From the NCBI GenBank assembly GCA_030265395.1, contig JARFYF010000050.1, forward strand, positions 10,179,969 to 10,241,892: DNA of 61,924 nt, written 5' to 3'. The position numbers were made by a program, and so were the translations under genes. Positions 24,601-36,600 of this stretch are shown here, one piece after another (the stretch's first letter is position 1; every line of letters begins with the position of its first letter). Source of the stretch: Rhina ancylostomus. Lineage: Eukaryota. The notes under the pieces were generated by a model that was not told where the DNA came from, did not search any database, and was given only the letters and a program-made list of their open reading frames with translations.

Positions 24601-27600
24601 AACTTTGAGTGCAGAAAGCAAAAAAGGTAAACAAAAAACAAAAATATGATATCAGTTAATGGACATTAATAGAGAGTGTGGAAAATCTTCCTCCATCCCA
24701 ACATTTTCGTTTCAAATCACCTTTGATAGAAATTAGAGTGATATTTGCTACTAAAGTCTATGAGGTAGCTATTTCCAGGGATCCCTTTAAATGGTTACTA
24801 TTACTGGGAAGTGCACTTTATCTGATATGCAACTGGTATTTTAAACAATCAATTCACAAGTCCTCATGACTCATATATACCACACTATGCTAAGCAATGC
24901 GAGGCAGTAACTCATTCTCAGTCCCTTCTCTTAAAAAGGAAATGCTTTATTTTTTGAAAAAATATCTTCAAACATTACAAAGTCACACATTCTCATGGTA
25001 AATGATATTCTTGACAGAAATCCTGGCTGTGATTTTTATAATTGTTGAGATAGACCAAACAGCATGCACTGTGGCTTTTATAAATACAAAAGCTGTGTAA
25101 ATTCTAATCCTGTAAGAGGTAAATCTTTCCAGTACTACGTATTGGTTAGGAACTGGTCTTGTGTGCTGTTGCAATCTTATTATTACCCAGCAGAGAGGTC
25201 AAAGACCAGAGTGCATAGGTTTAAGTTTGTTGGGAGACCAACACAAATATTTTCAGAGTCAAGAACTCAGTGCTTCAAAGAGCAATGGGGGCAGAAACCC
25301 TCTAAAAATTTAAAACACTTGTTGGTTATGGTCCATGAAGTACTCAAACAAGACCATGGACCACTTCTAGAAAGCTAGATTTGTTTCAACAAGTTATTTG
25401 CAGCCAGCATGGTTACAATAGGTCCTATGGCGGCCTCCCCTGTGCTATAAATTTTATGAGATTAATGTTTTCTAACAAAAAAATATGAGGAGAGATTGTT
25501 TAGGCTGGGTTTGCTTTCCCTGGATCAAAAAGGAACCTAATGCATGACCTGATAGCGTATATAAAATTATGAGAGCTATAGCTAGGGTAGATGGGAAAGA
25601 GATTCTGACCATGGTAGGGGTATCAAAATCAAACAGGCACAGATTTAAAGTGAAAGGAGTTTTAAATGGAATCTGAGGGGAAAGTTTTTTTTTGGGACAG
25701 AGAGAGTGGTTGATATCTGGAACCTGCTGTTAGAGGAGGTGGTAGAAGCAGTTATAGTCACTCCATTCGAGACACTTAAGACAGGCAGTTGAATAGGCAA
25801 GGCATAGAAGGATAGGGACCTAATGCAGGCAAATGGGATTAGTGTAAATGGGCAAAAAAGGTCAGCATGGACGTGATGGGCTGAAGGGCCTGTATGATTT
25901 TAATTACTCTTATGACATTGCTAAAGATACCATATTACAACTACATAAAGAATCTGTTAATACTTTTTCATTGAACTTACCACGCGACCGAAGATATCCT
26001 CCAAAGATCTGGTGGACTAATGAAGTAGCTTGTGTTTGTCGATCCAGCCTTCAGGGGTTGTAAGTGTTTGGAGGGGGAGAAATAGACAATATTACACTCA
26101 ACTTGTTCACATAAACATGGGATTAACTTCATTTCATTGTAATCCAGGGGAGTTTATTATTTAGCTGTAACTATCCACTTAGTGAATTAAGTAATATAAA
26201 TAAATGGTACCAGCAAAGTACACTTTAATTATACTTGTGTAATTGTGGGCCCCATACTGTGCTCAGACCGGAAAAGGCACATTACAAATCCTGTATGCCT
26301 AAGTCAGTAACAAACTGAATCTCCGTTGGCACTGAAAAAACACATCTGTCAAATTGCTTCATTCCACTCCACACACAGATTTTATCCACAAGAGTATTAA
26401 CAGGATGTAGGGCGTGAAAAGATTCCATTCCCCACAATTTTATTTCAATAAGCAGAAACTTAATTTACATCCCTACAAGTTATTCTCGAAAGCAACTGCG
26501 TGCAAAAGATTAACATACTTGGTGCAACTGTTCAGACAGGCCTTCTGCATTGCATCAATGGTGTATCTTAAAAACTCATGTGCATCTTCTTGATTCCCAA
26601 ATCGAAAATGCCTTGCTATTTCTGTAATTAATATTAAAAGGAACACAAGGCAAAAATCTCACATTACAGGAGGAAAATTCTACAGCAGACTAGCAATAAA
26701 ATGTGATGGACAATTTAATCAAGTCTAGTTTGGTCACATTGTTGTTATTTTCACAATAACATGATCTGAAGAGTTTGGCCTCTGGAACATAACTTTGCAA
26801 TGACCATTCTGGAAAGGATGCTTCAGGCAACAAGCTACAGCTGATGGGTGGTGGGGATGAGAGGGGTTGGGCTTATACAGAACCAATATTTCATACGTAG
26901 TTACTTGGCAGTTGAATAGAACTTAAGCAATGTTGGAAAATATGAAAAACTAATTTCATAATCTGTGTCTTGTAGTTTGGCAGGAAGAATACATGTAGAA
27001 TTATAGCATCACATTAGTCCAGCAACTTCACTGCTTGACAAATTTCTCCCCCAAGAAGTTACTGAGACTGGGTCAATTGAATACAGTTTGTTTTGTCTCC
27101 CCCAAGTATAAGTATTAATTGTTACAGAACCAAGGCTGATAGGTGAAGTTAATGTACAAATGTGCAAAACAGGATTGAAAGGCTAAGTGCCTAACCTAAC
27201 TCCTGGTCCTAAAGTCACAAACACTGTCATTAATTCCAAGCACAACAAATTAATACCGTAAGGAGACATTGTAAACAGATGTACAGCAAGATTTTTGGTT
27301 AAGAAAATAAGGATACATGCTATAACAGGTTAGAATGAATGGCATTTTAATAGGTCTTCAATAAAATGCTGAAACAATATACAAACATCCCAAAAAACAA
27401 ACTATAACTGAAATTCACAACTTACTTTTTAATTCACGAATAAATGACAACGGTTTGATGGCATTTCCACTGTTGGCAAAGGCCTGTATCAGATGGTTCT
27501 GCATGATGCAGATCATACAAAATCCAGCCTGAGTACCTGTTGAAAAACACCGAAACAGATCATTAACACGGAATGCAAATTCAAAAATGTTGATGTCACC

Positions 27601-30600
27601 TGCTTAGTTAAATGTGATATTTATGAATGGAACAACTAAGTTCAAAAGGTCAATACTTGATTCAAAATAAACTATTTAATCTGAAAAACACACAACAACT
27701 GGGACTGAGTGACATGCTCCTGTAACAAACTGTATTCGTAAAGCATCTTTGTTACATAAAATGAACCAAAGGAGGTTTTCCAGAAGAGAGGAACTGGTAA
27801 TAAAAAAAACAGAAAATGGTGACAGAACACAGCAGGTAAGGCAACATCCAGGGAGAGAGAAGCAGTCAACATTTCAGTCAATGACCCTTCATCAGAACTG
27901 GAAAGAGCAAGAAAACAAGCATGCTTTATTCTCCCCACCACTCACCCTGCCTTCAGCATAGAGCAAGAGAACAAGATAGATGCAGACCAAAGTTGTCAAG
28001 GTAGCATTACTTTAAGTATTAGCAATTAGAGACAGCAAGAAAGAAACAACCGGTAACATTTGAGAAGGAAAGAGCTGGTTATCTGAAATTATTGAATTCA
28101 ATATTAAGTTGCAAAGGCTGCAAGGTATTCAGATGGAAGACAGGGTGCTGTTCTTAAAGCTTTCACTGGCCATTGTTGGAACAGCGCAGGATGCCAAAAC
28201 AGCAAGAGTGGGTGTGGGGCAGAGAATGGCATTAACCGGCGATGGAAGCTCAGATTCATGCTTATCAACTGGAGGCAAATAACCTGCAAATGGTTACCCA
28301 ATCAGCGTTTGGTTTCTCCAGCGTAGAGGAGACCACATTAAGAGCACCAAATGCGTAACACTAAATTGGAAAAAATGTCTTGTGAATTCTTTTCTCACTT
28401 GCTAGGACTGTACGAGTCCTGGAAGGTGGGGGAAAAAAAAGAGGTACAAGGCATACAACTTCCACCATCGCATAGGATGGAAGTGAAGGAGTAAACCAAT
28501 GGAATAAGTCAATGGGCCCTTTGAAAGGACAGTGGGATGGCAAGGTCGAGTTGGGTGGAGGAATCCCATTGTGGGTGGTAGAAACTGTGGAATCTTATCT
28601 GTTTGAATGTGGAGGCTAGTGGTGTGGAAGGCAGGGACAAAGGAAAAACTATTTTATCTTCTAGATGGGATGAGGGGGAATGGGGACAGAAGTTCAGGGA
28701 ATAGAGGAAATACAGTTGAAAATCCTGTCAACTATGGTAGACATGAAATCACAGCTAAGGAAAAGGACAGCTCAAAAGGCACAGGAATGGAAAGTCTCAT
28801 CATCAGAACAGATAAGAGAGAGATGGAGAAAGTGGGACAATGGAATGTTGCTCTCATAGGAGGAGGGATAGTCAAGATAGTTCTGGCTATTGGTGGGCTT
28901 GCAGCTTACTAACCCATCCTCCAGAAATGGAGATAGACATCATTAAAAAAAGTCAGTTACGGACCATGTGAAACTGAGAACAGAGTGGAAACTAGCAACA
29001 AAGGAAATGAAATTTGAGTTCTGAATGAGTGCAGGAAGCAGCACCAATATACCCAGAAGATAGTCGAGGAAGAGGCCTGAATAGGACTAAAACAATGGCA
29101 GTTTCATGCATTGAACAAAGGGCATAGGTATTGCTTGGGACCATGCAAGTTCCAGTGCTGTACCTCTGACTTGGAGAAAGTGAGTGGAGTTCAAGGAGAA
29201 GATGGTTGTTGAAAAGCAAGTTGAAGAAAGAATTTTATAGGCCCAATATATCCATGCTGATGATCAAGCACACTATTCCTACANNNNNNNNNNNNNNNNN
29301 NNNNNNNNNNNNNNNNNNNNNNNNNNNNNNNNNNNNNNNNNNNNNNNNNNNNNNNNNNNNNNNNNNNNNNNNNNNNNNNNNNNNNNNNNNNNNNNNNNNN
29401 NNNNNNNNNNNGAAATCGTGTTCACAGAGAGACCCTGAACACTTCACACCAGCAGCAGAGGTCAGGACTGAACCCACGTTGCTGGAACTGAGGTACTAGC
29501 ACTTCTAGCTGCATCATGGTACCACCCAATAAAGAGTAGTGGGAGGCAGAGAGATCAGGGAGTGAGTTCAAGGAAGAGGATAAACATTTAAAATACGACA
29601 TTTTTGGAAATAGGAGAGCCAATGTCATTTTTATTTTTTGCTTGCATAACATCCTATGAATTAGCATGGGGTTGGGACTGATAGAAAAGCTGGACTTTGA
29701 AAACAGGATGCAAGCTGCTGTCTTCTGGGGGAATGTACTGCTCAATTTTGGTTTTATAGTTGGTTCAGGTCTTTGGTCAAAAATCAAGTATTTTCAGTTA
29801 GTAAAAAAGAATCAAATGCATCAATTCCAGATTCCATTAAATTAGAAATAAATTGATTATGATACACATTTGAAGTCGCCCCTTTGCTGCCCAAGCTTTT
29901 AGCTATTCTGGGTTTTATTCCTGTTGCCTAGTCACATCACAAATTAACATATCCCTAACTAAGTACAATTGATCAGCTCAAGCACAATACCTGCAATTTG
30001 AAAGCAAATGCTTAGTTGATATATAAAATATTTACCATCATACAAGTTTGGTGTAAAAGAAAAACAAATTTCTCTCGTTTGTTTTAAGTGGTCATTTTTG
30101 GTAAAAATCAAGTCAAATGGTAGGCAACAAGCAAACAGAAAGGATGGAATAATTAAATCAAGTGATTAATTAGGGACATGTTCGGCACAACTTTGTGGAC
30201 CGAAGGGCCTGAATTCTGCCATAGGTTTTCTATGTTTCTACGATTAAAAATAGGGCTGAGGGTTTCTGCTGCAAGGAATGCTGAGACAGAAGCAAAAATA
30301 AACAGCACTGGTGACACAAGTAAATAATCTGCCACGACGAAGATACAAGGAGTGAAGCTCAGCTCAGCAGGAACACAATACCAGCATTGCAAAACTTTGA
30401 TCACCTTAAGGAGACAGCTGAGACTAGAAGACATCAGCACATAAAGAGTGCATACCAAGGACAACTCCAAACTCATCGTTCAACTGAAAGAAGAGGGCAA
30501 TTATCCAAGACATCATGTTCCACACTGACAAGCAGTCCAACAACATGGAAATTATCATGGGGATGACAAATGGTGCAATGAAACAGCTGAACATCTTCAA

Positions 30601-33600
30601 AAAAGCATAATCCATACTGGCACCCTGCCAGTGGGTGAACTCACCAATTATTTAATCAGTTTTTGAATAATGGAAATTCGATAATCAGTGAGAGGCCATA
30701 CTGCCAGGCCATCGGATTTTCAAGGAGAGAAAGAAAAATACCATGCTGGAGAGATAGATTTGCATTCTTGATCACTGGGAACCATTACAACATCTAATCT
30801 AACTTGGAATTAACAGAACTCCAAACCTGTCGTATTCAAAGTGAGGTGGTGGGGACGGGGAGGGGTGTGGAGCTTGATGCAGTATATGTGGTCTTCCCAG
30901 TCACTGAATGCCAGCCTCAGAACCTGTAAGCTTACTGTGTGGCAACAAATGCAGTTTCTGCAAAGCCCAGGTTTCAAGAGCAAGTATCATCAGCACAGCA
31001 CAAAACCCAAGATATATGGCGTCTGAATTTTGACAAACCGAAGCAATACTCACTTTCATTAGCACGAACAACAAAATGCAAAACCCTATAATGTGCTCCA
31101 GGCTTTTTGCCACACTGCCCTCGGAGTACATTTCCAGTTAGCTGATTAATATGGTAAGCACACGATGAGAACGTTTATCTAGACCACAGGTATACAAAAG
31201 AGCATAATATTTTTCTAATGAATTATCAGCATTTATGGAATTTTATATTTGGCTAAAATCTGCTGATACAGAAATATTTTCAAAATCTTCTATTGTATAG
31301 CAGATTAATGCCATTAGATCATATCTTTCTGAATAAAAGTAATCACTTCTTTTATGCAGATCTAAAGTAAGTCAGCTTTAATAATTGAAGTATTAATTCT
31401 TCAAACTGGAAACTACATATTCCTTTTTGTAAGGTATTAACCTACTTGAAAATGTCAAACTTATTTACTGCTCAGTTTTACTTGAGGAATTCAGAAGGTT
31501 CCCCATCCCAATTACAACACGTATTCAGTGGATTTATCCAAACAGGATTAAATTTAAATCAAAAGCTGTCCTTACAACTACAGAGAAAAATCGATGGATT
31601 GGGAAGAGTTAATTGGTTTTAACCATATAATTTTTAAGTGTTTAATTATATAATTATATTCCAGAAACAAAACAGCTCTACATCGACACAAAAAGTGTAA
31701 TATAACTACAATTTAATTAACTACTTGCACAGGTATCAAACAATTTATTGTTGAACACAAAAAAAAGTATTGAAGTGATATTCTTCATTCTGCTCAGATA
31801 GGTTAGGAATATTGTGAGATACTGCAGCATAAAGTTAGCAGAGGCCTATACTAGTTGTTCTAATGATAATATCCAACCACAGGAGTTGGGAAGTTTATGG
31901 AACAACAATTAAACAAACCTTGGGGGGGGGGGGGGGTGAGTCACAATATACCAGTGAGTTCACCAATACCTTGCAGGGAAAGAAATTTTACTTCCTTGGC
32001 CAGTTTGGCCTAAATGTGACCCCAAACTCACAGTGGTGGTCTTGTAACTTATTCAGTTCTAAGTCAGTTAACGCCAGTATAGCCAGTGCTACACTTAACA
32101 TGTGAATGAATGTTACTATTCATTCCACTTTATTTCTGAAAACATGGAGCAGAATATTTAAACTGAAATACATCAGCGAGTACAGGGATATTTATTTTAT
32201 CTGATTTATTTAGTAAATTTTAAACTGAATCCTTCACTGCCACACAATGTTTGGTACCAGTTATGACATCAAGTCTTTCTTTTGCATTTCTATTGAGGAT
32301 CCAAGGAATTTATTTTGAGTGCTCCCAACGCCAAGCTTCAAGACTTCTCCCAAATTCCTCTGAACTATATTCATTTACCACGAGACAGTTTATAATCTTA
32401 TCCAAAATTTGCAGTCGAGTTTGAAATACTGAACAAGTTTAAAAAAATTCCTTGCACTTTTCACTAACAATTTTACTTTCTGAGGTGAGGCAGGCAGTCA
32501 GGTGGGGTTTTCACATTGGGAATCCATGTTCCCTTGCTTTTGAGTAAACCAAGTTTATTGCCAGCAATGTACNNNNNNNNNNNNNNNNNNNNNNNNNNNN
32601 NNNNNNNNNNNNNNNNNNNNNNNNNNNNNNNNNNNNNNNNNNNNNNNNNNNNNNNNNNNNNNNNNNNNNNNNNNNNNNNNNNNNNNNNNNNNNNNNNNNN
32701 NNNNNNNNNNNNNNNNNNNNNNNNNNNNNNNNNNNNNNNNNNNNNNNNNNNNNNNNNNNNNNNNNNNNNNNNNNNNNNNNNNNNNNNNNNNNNNNNNNNN
32801 NNNNNNNNNNNNNNNNNNNNNNNNNNNNNNNNNNNNNNNNNNNNNNNNNNNNNNNNNNNNNNNNNNNNNNNNNNNNNNNNNNNNNNNNNNNNNNNNNNNN
32901 NNNNNNNNNNNNNNNNNNNNNNNNNNNNNNNNNNNNNNNNNNNNNNNNNNNNNNNNNNNNNNNNNNNNNNNNNNNNNNNNNNNNNNNNNNNNNNNNNNNN
33001 NNNNNNNNNNNNNNNNNNNNNNNNNNNNNNNNNNNNNNNNNNNNNNNNNNNNNNNNNNNNNNNNNNNNNNNNNNNNNNNNNNNNNNNNNNNNNNNNNNNN
33101 NNNNNNNNNNNNNNNNNNNNNNNNNNNNNNNNNNNNNNNNNNNNNNNNNNNNNNNNNNNNNNNNNNNNNNNNNNNNNNNNNNNNNNGCACTTCCTATACA
33201 ATCACAATGCCGATTTCTTTTTAAATGCATTCCTATCTCATGAGCCCAGCTATGTTCCAATACCGTGATTCCTTTTTAAATTAGGACGTGGGAAATTGTG
33301 AAATCACAAGTTTTACCACTGCAAAACAAACAACATGACAAGATTTGTTCCAAGACAAATAAAATCCAGATTCTTCTGAAACACACCTCAAACCAATAGA
33401 AGTGCACTAGCTTCTGATGATGAGCACAGCAAAAAGTGTAGTGATTCACTGCCTGCTCACTACAGTTAGCAAAGTTGTACAAAATTCAGTATAACTGAAA
33501 AAACAAAAGCAGCTGCAGGAAGGTTAACAACTTACTTCTGCTTTCTAGGTCAGAAATCTGGAAGACCGAGAAACATTTATGAATTATCTTAGTTTTAAAT

Positions 33601-36600
33601 AGACAACGCAGAAAGTAGATGAAAAAAAAGTCATATATAATTTTATCCAGCTCAAAAAAAATCAAATTATTTGCACTCTATTGAGGAGAGATGTTGCAAC
33701 AAGCATCTGATGTTTTATTCGCCACTTTTGTGTGGATGGTCTGAGCCATATACCTTTGTGACACCATGTCGTCACAGGGACCATGGTATCCAACTGAAAA
33801 CAAATGAACTTGTCTGGGGAATTAAGCAGACATCAATTTACATTTCAAAAACTGCACTCTATGACAATTTTGTGCCTATCAAAGTTAAAAAGTGGTCAAA
33901 TAAAAAGAGTGCATCAAGCCAGGATTAAGGCATGATATGATTTAATCTTACCAAGAGAAAATATTTGAATACAACAATGTATTTTTAAACTTGTTTGCAA
34001 TCGCATCTGTATGAGGTTGAGTTTTTTTTAGTGAAAAGCAGTTCATTAGCAGGGTCAGAAATCCCAAACTATTTAAATTCTGTCCAAATTATAGGATTGT
34101 AGTTAAAAGGAAAACATCCACCCTTTCCACTTGGGTAAGAGGCGTCAGCCAGTATAACCATGCCAAGGTTCATGGTGTTCTTCAGTAACTGCAATATTAG
34201 TGTCATTGTCAATCTACCAACATTGCAGAGTTATTGAAGAAAACAGTAGTAGCCTCACTAGCATAAATCAATCCTAAATCAGTTTGCCAGCATAAATGAC
34301 TCATCTGAGTAAACAAAAAGATCCAAAAGCAAAATATTGTTGATGCTGGTAATCTGAACAAAAAGATGCTGGAAATCCTTTCTGATGAAAAATCAGCAGC
34401 CCTAAACTTTAACTCAGATTCTCGCTGCATAGATACTGCCTACCCTGCTGCGTATTTCCAGCATTTTGTGTTAAAGGATGTTTAATAACAAACAATCAAA
34501 GAAAACTGCAGCGAACACAAGACACAAAAACCTGAAGTTTACACTGGACTTGGTGTGATTTCACACACAAATTCAAAGTTTCCACTGCAAAGAAAAACAA
34601 TTAAAAGCTCAACATAAGGCAATGATGAAGAAAAGTTGCATAGCCAGAGGTGCAGTGTCTCAGGTGGACATCAAAAGCTCTATATCACAACATTTTTAAA
34701 AAAGTAGCAAAGGGTTATAAAGTGCCTTTGTCAATGTTTACTTCTCCAAGTTAATCTTTTGGTTAACTGATTATCACAATGCTCATCTGTGGAACAGTAC
34801 TATGGGCAAACTGTTGTTCCTAATGTCCAGTAGTGACAGCAGGTCTAAAGAGTTCAATCGAAAGTAAAATATTTGGGATGTATTGATGGTGTGAAGGACA
34901 CCAGATAAATGCAATTTTTTCTTTATCAGCAGTCGGCAGCAGNNNNNNNNNNNNNNNNGATTTGTAGCTGTTATTTTCATCATATTCAGGTCTCCTAAGG
35001 TTAAGAAAGTCTGCAGCTGGCAGGGCACCTGATTGCTCCCAAGCTTCCTGAACTGGTTAAGTGGCATTGAAATAAAACCCTTCCTGACCCTCTGGGGAAT
35101 ATAACTCAATACCTTCTAAAGCCGCCACAATCCAAACATAGTGAATCCTTAATGCAAAAACCTGCGTGCAAAAATTGGAACATCAATACTGAAATATTTC
35201 CTGAATGTGACTACCAGAAGTGCACGATAATTTTGAAAAGGTCTTAGATACAGCAACTTACATGTCTTACTGTGCTCTTTCGAGAGGAGGTAATTGGCCA
35301 GCGGTGGTGTATAAGTCAAGCATTGTATAGTGGAGTTCAAAAAACAGGTATTCCCGAGATTGTGCAGTCCAGCTCCAACTCTGTACACACGCACCCATTT
35401 CAAGGACAGCTTTTCCATAGGAAATAGAATTTTCTGAGGTGCTGGGATGCCATCATTTGGAATTCCACTTGTTTCATAAACTGAATACAAAAACAAAAGA
35501 TTTTTGGATACCAGTTGAGACAAAAGTTCAATTGTTTAAAAAACAGCAAATGTGCTTTACGGTACACCTACTTCAGTTTTACATTTACATATAGACACTC
35601 AAGCCAACATAAAAATTATGCTGTAACCAATTAGGAGCCGTGGGAACAATTCCAAATATTAAAACATTGAAGTGAAATTTTTATTTTACTAAATATCCAA
35701 GGTTAAAGCACTTCTTGAAAAGTAGTAATTCGTGTTTTACTATTCAATTACTTCCTAAGCTGGTGAAGTGCCATTAGAATAAAAGCCTTCCTCTTTGAAG
35801 AATAGAACTCAGTACCTTCTAAAGCCCCCACAATCTACACATGATGAATCCTTCATTTGTTTCCATCCTTTGACATTATGTTTAAAATTTGAAACTAAAA
35901 TCCAGTTTCTAAACAAGTCAGTCAAAATCATAACACATTGCCAGGAGGCTTCAAAATTTCAGGTAAAGGTTACAAAATAAGGCAAGTTCATGCATACTGC
36001 TCACAAGAATTAACATCTGATCTTTCAGCCATAAGATAAAGAAAGTGAAATTCACCTTCAATGGACTTATTCATGGAACAGAAGTCTTTGTCAACAGCAT
36101 TTACCACAGGAAACTCAAACATTGCTGCAAAAACCTGTGGATCAACAGTGTGTTCAAAACATCCACTGACATTTTAGATGTCAGAACATCTGAGATCACA
36201 ATTGCAGAGTAATAATGCCATTCATTCACAATACATTTTCTGTATCTGTCCTTTCCTACAGAACTTGGCCATTATCTGTTGATTTTTCATGGTCCACTCA
36301 GGAAATACAAATGTTATCACACCATTAAAATCAAGTACATGGCACTTAAAGCACTGAAACAGGCCATTCATGTTAACAGGTCCAAGCCACACAAGACTTA
36401 TGCTCTTCTTCATTTAACACAATTAACATATCATCTCTCCCTCATCTGTTTAACTTAAAAGGCATCGACCCCAATTGTCCCTATTTTTCATGCGGTCGTG
36501 AGCTCCATGCTGACTCAGACATATATTTTCAGGGTCTGCCTTCCAGTCAGTTCTGGCATTTAGGCACTTAACTGAGATTTGCAAATGGTCAGGTTATCCA

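Noticed and set aside
32473-33268. Four 211-250 aa ORFs
   Set aside because: Artefacts of reading through the 614-N gap.
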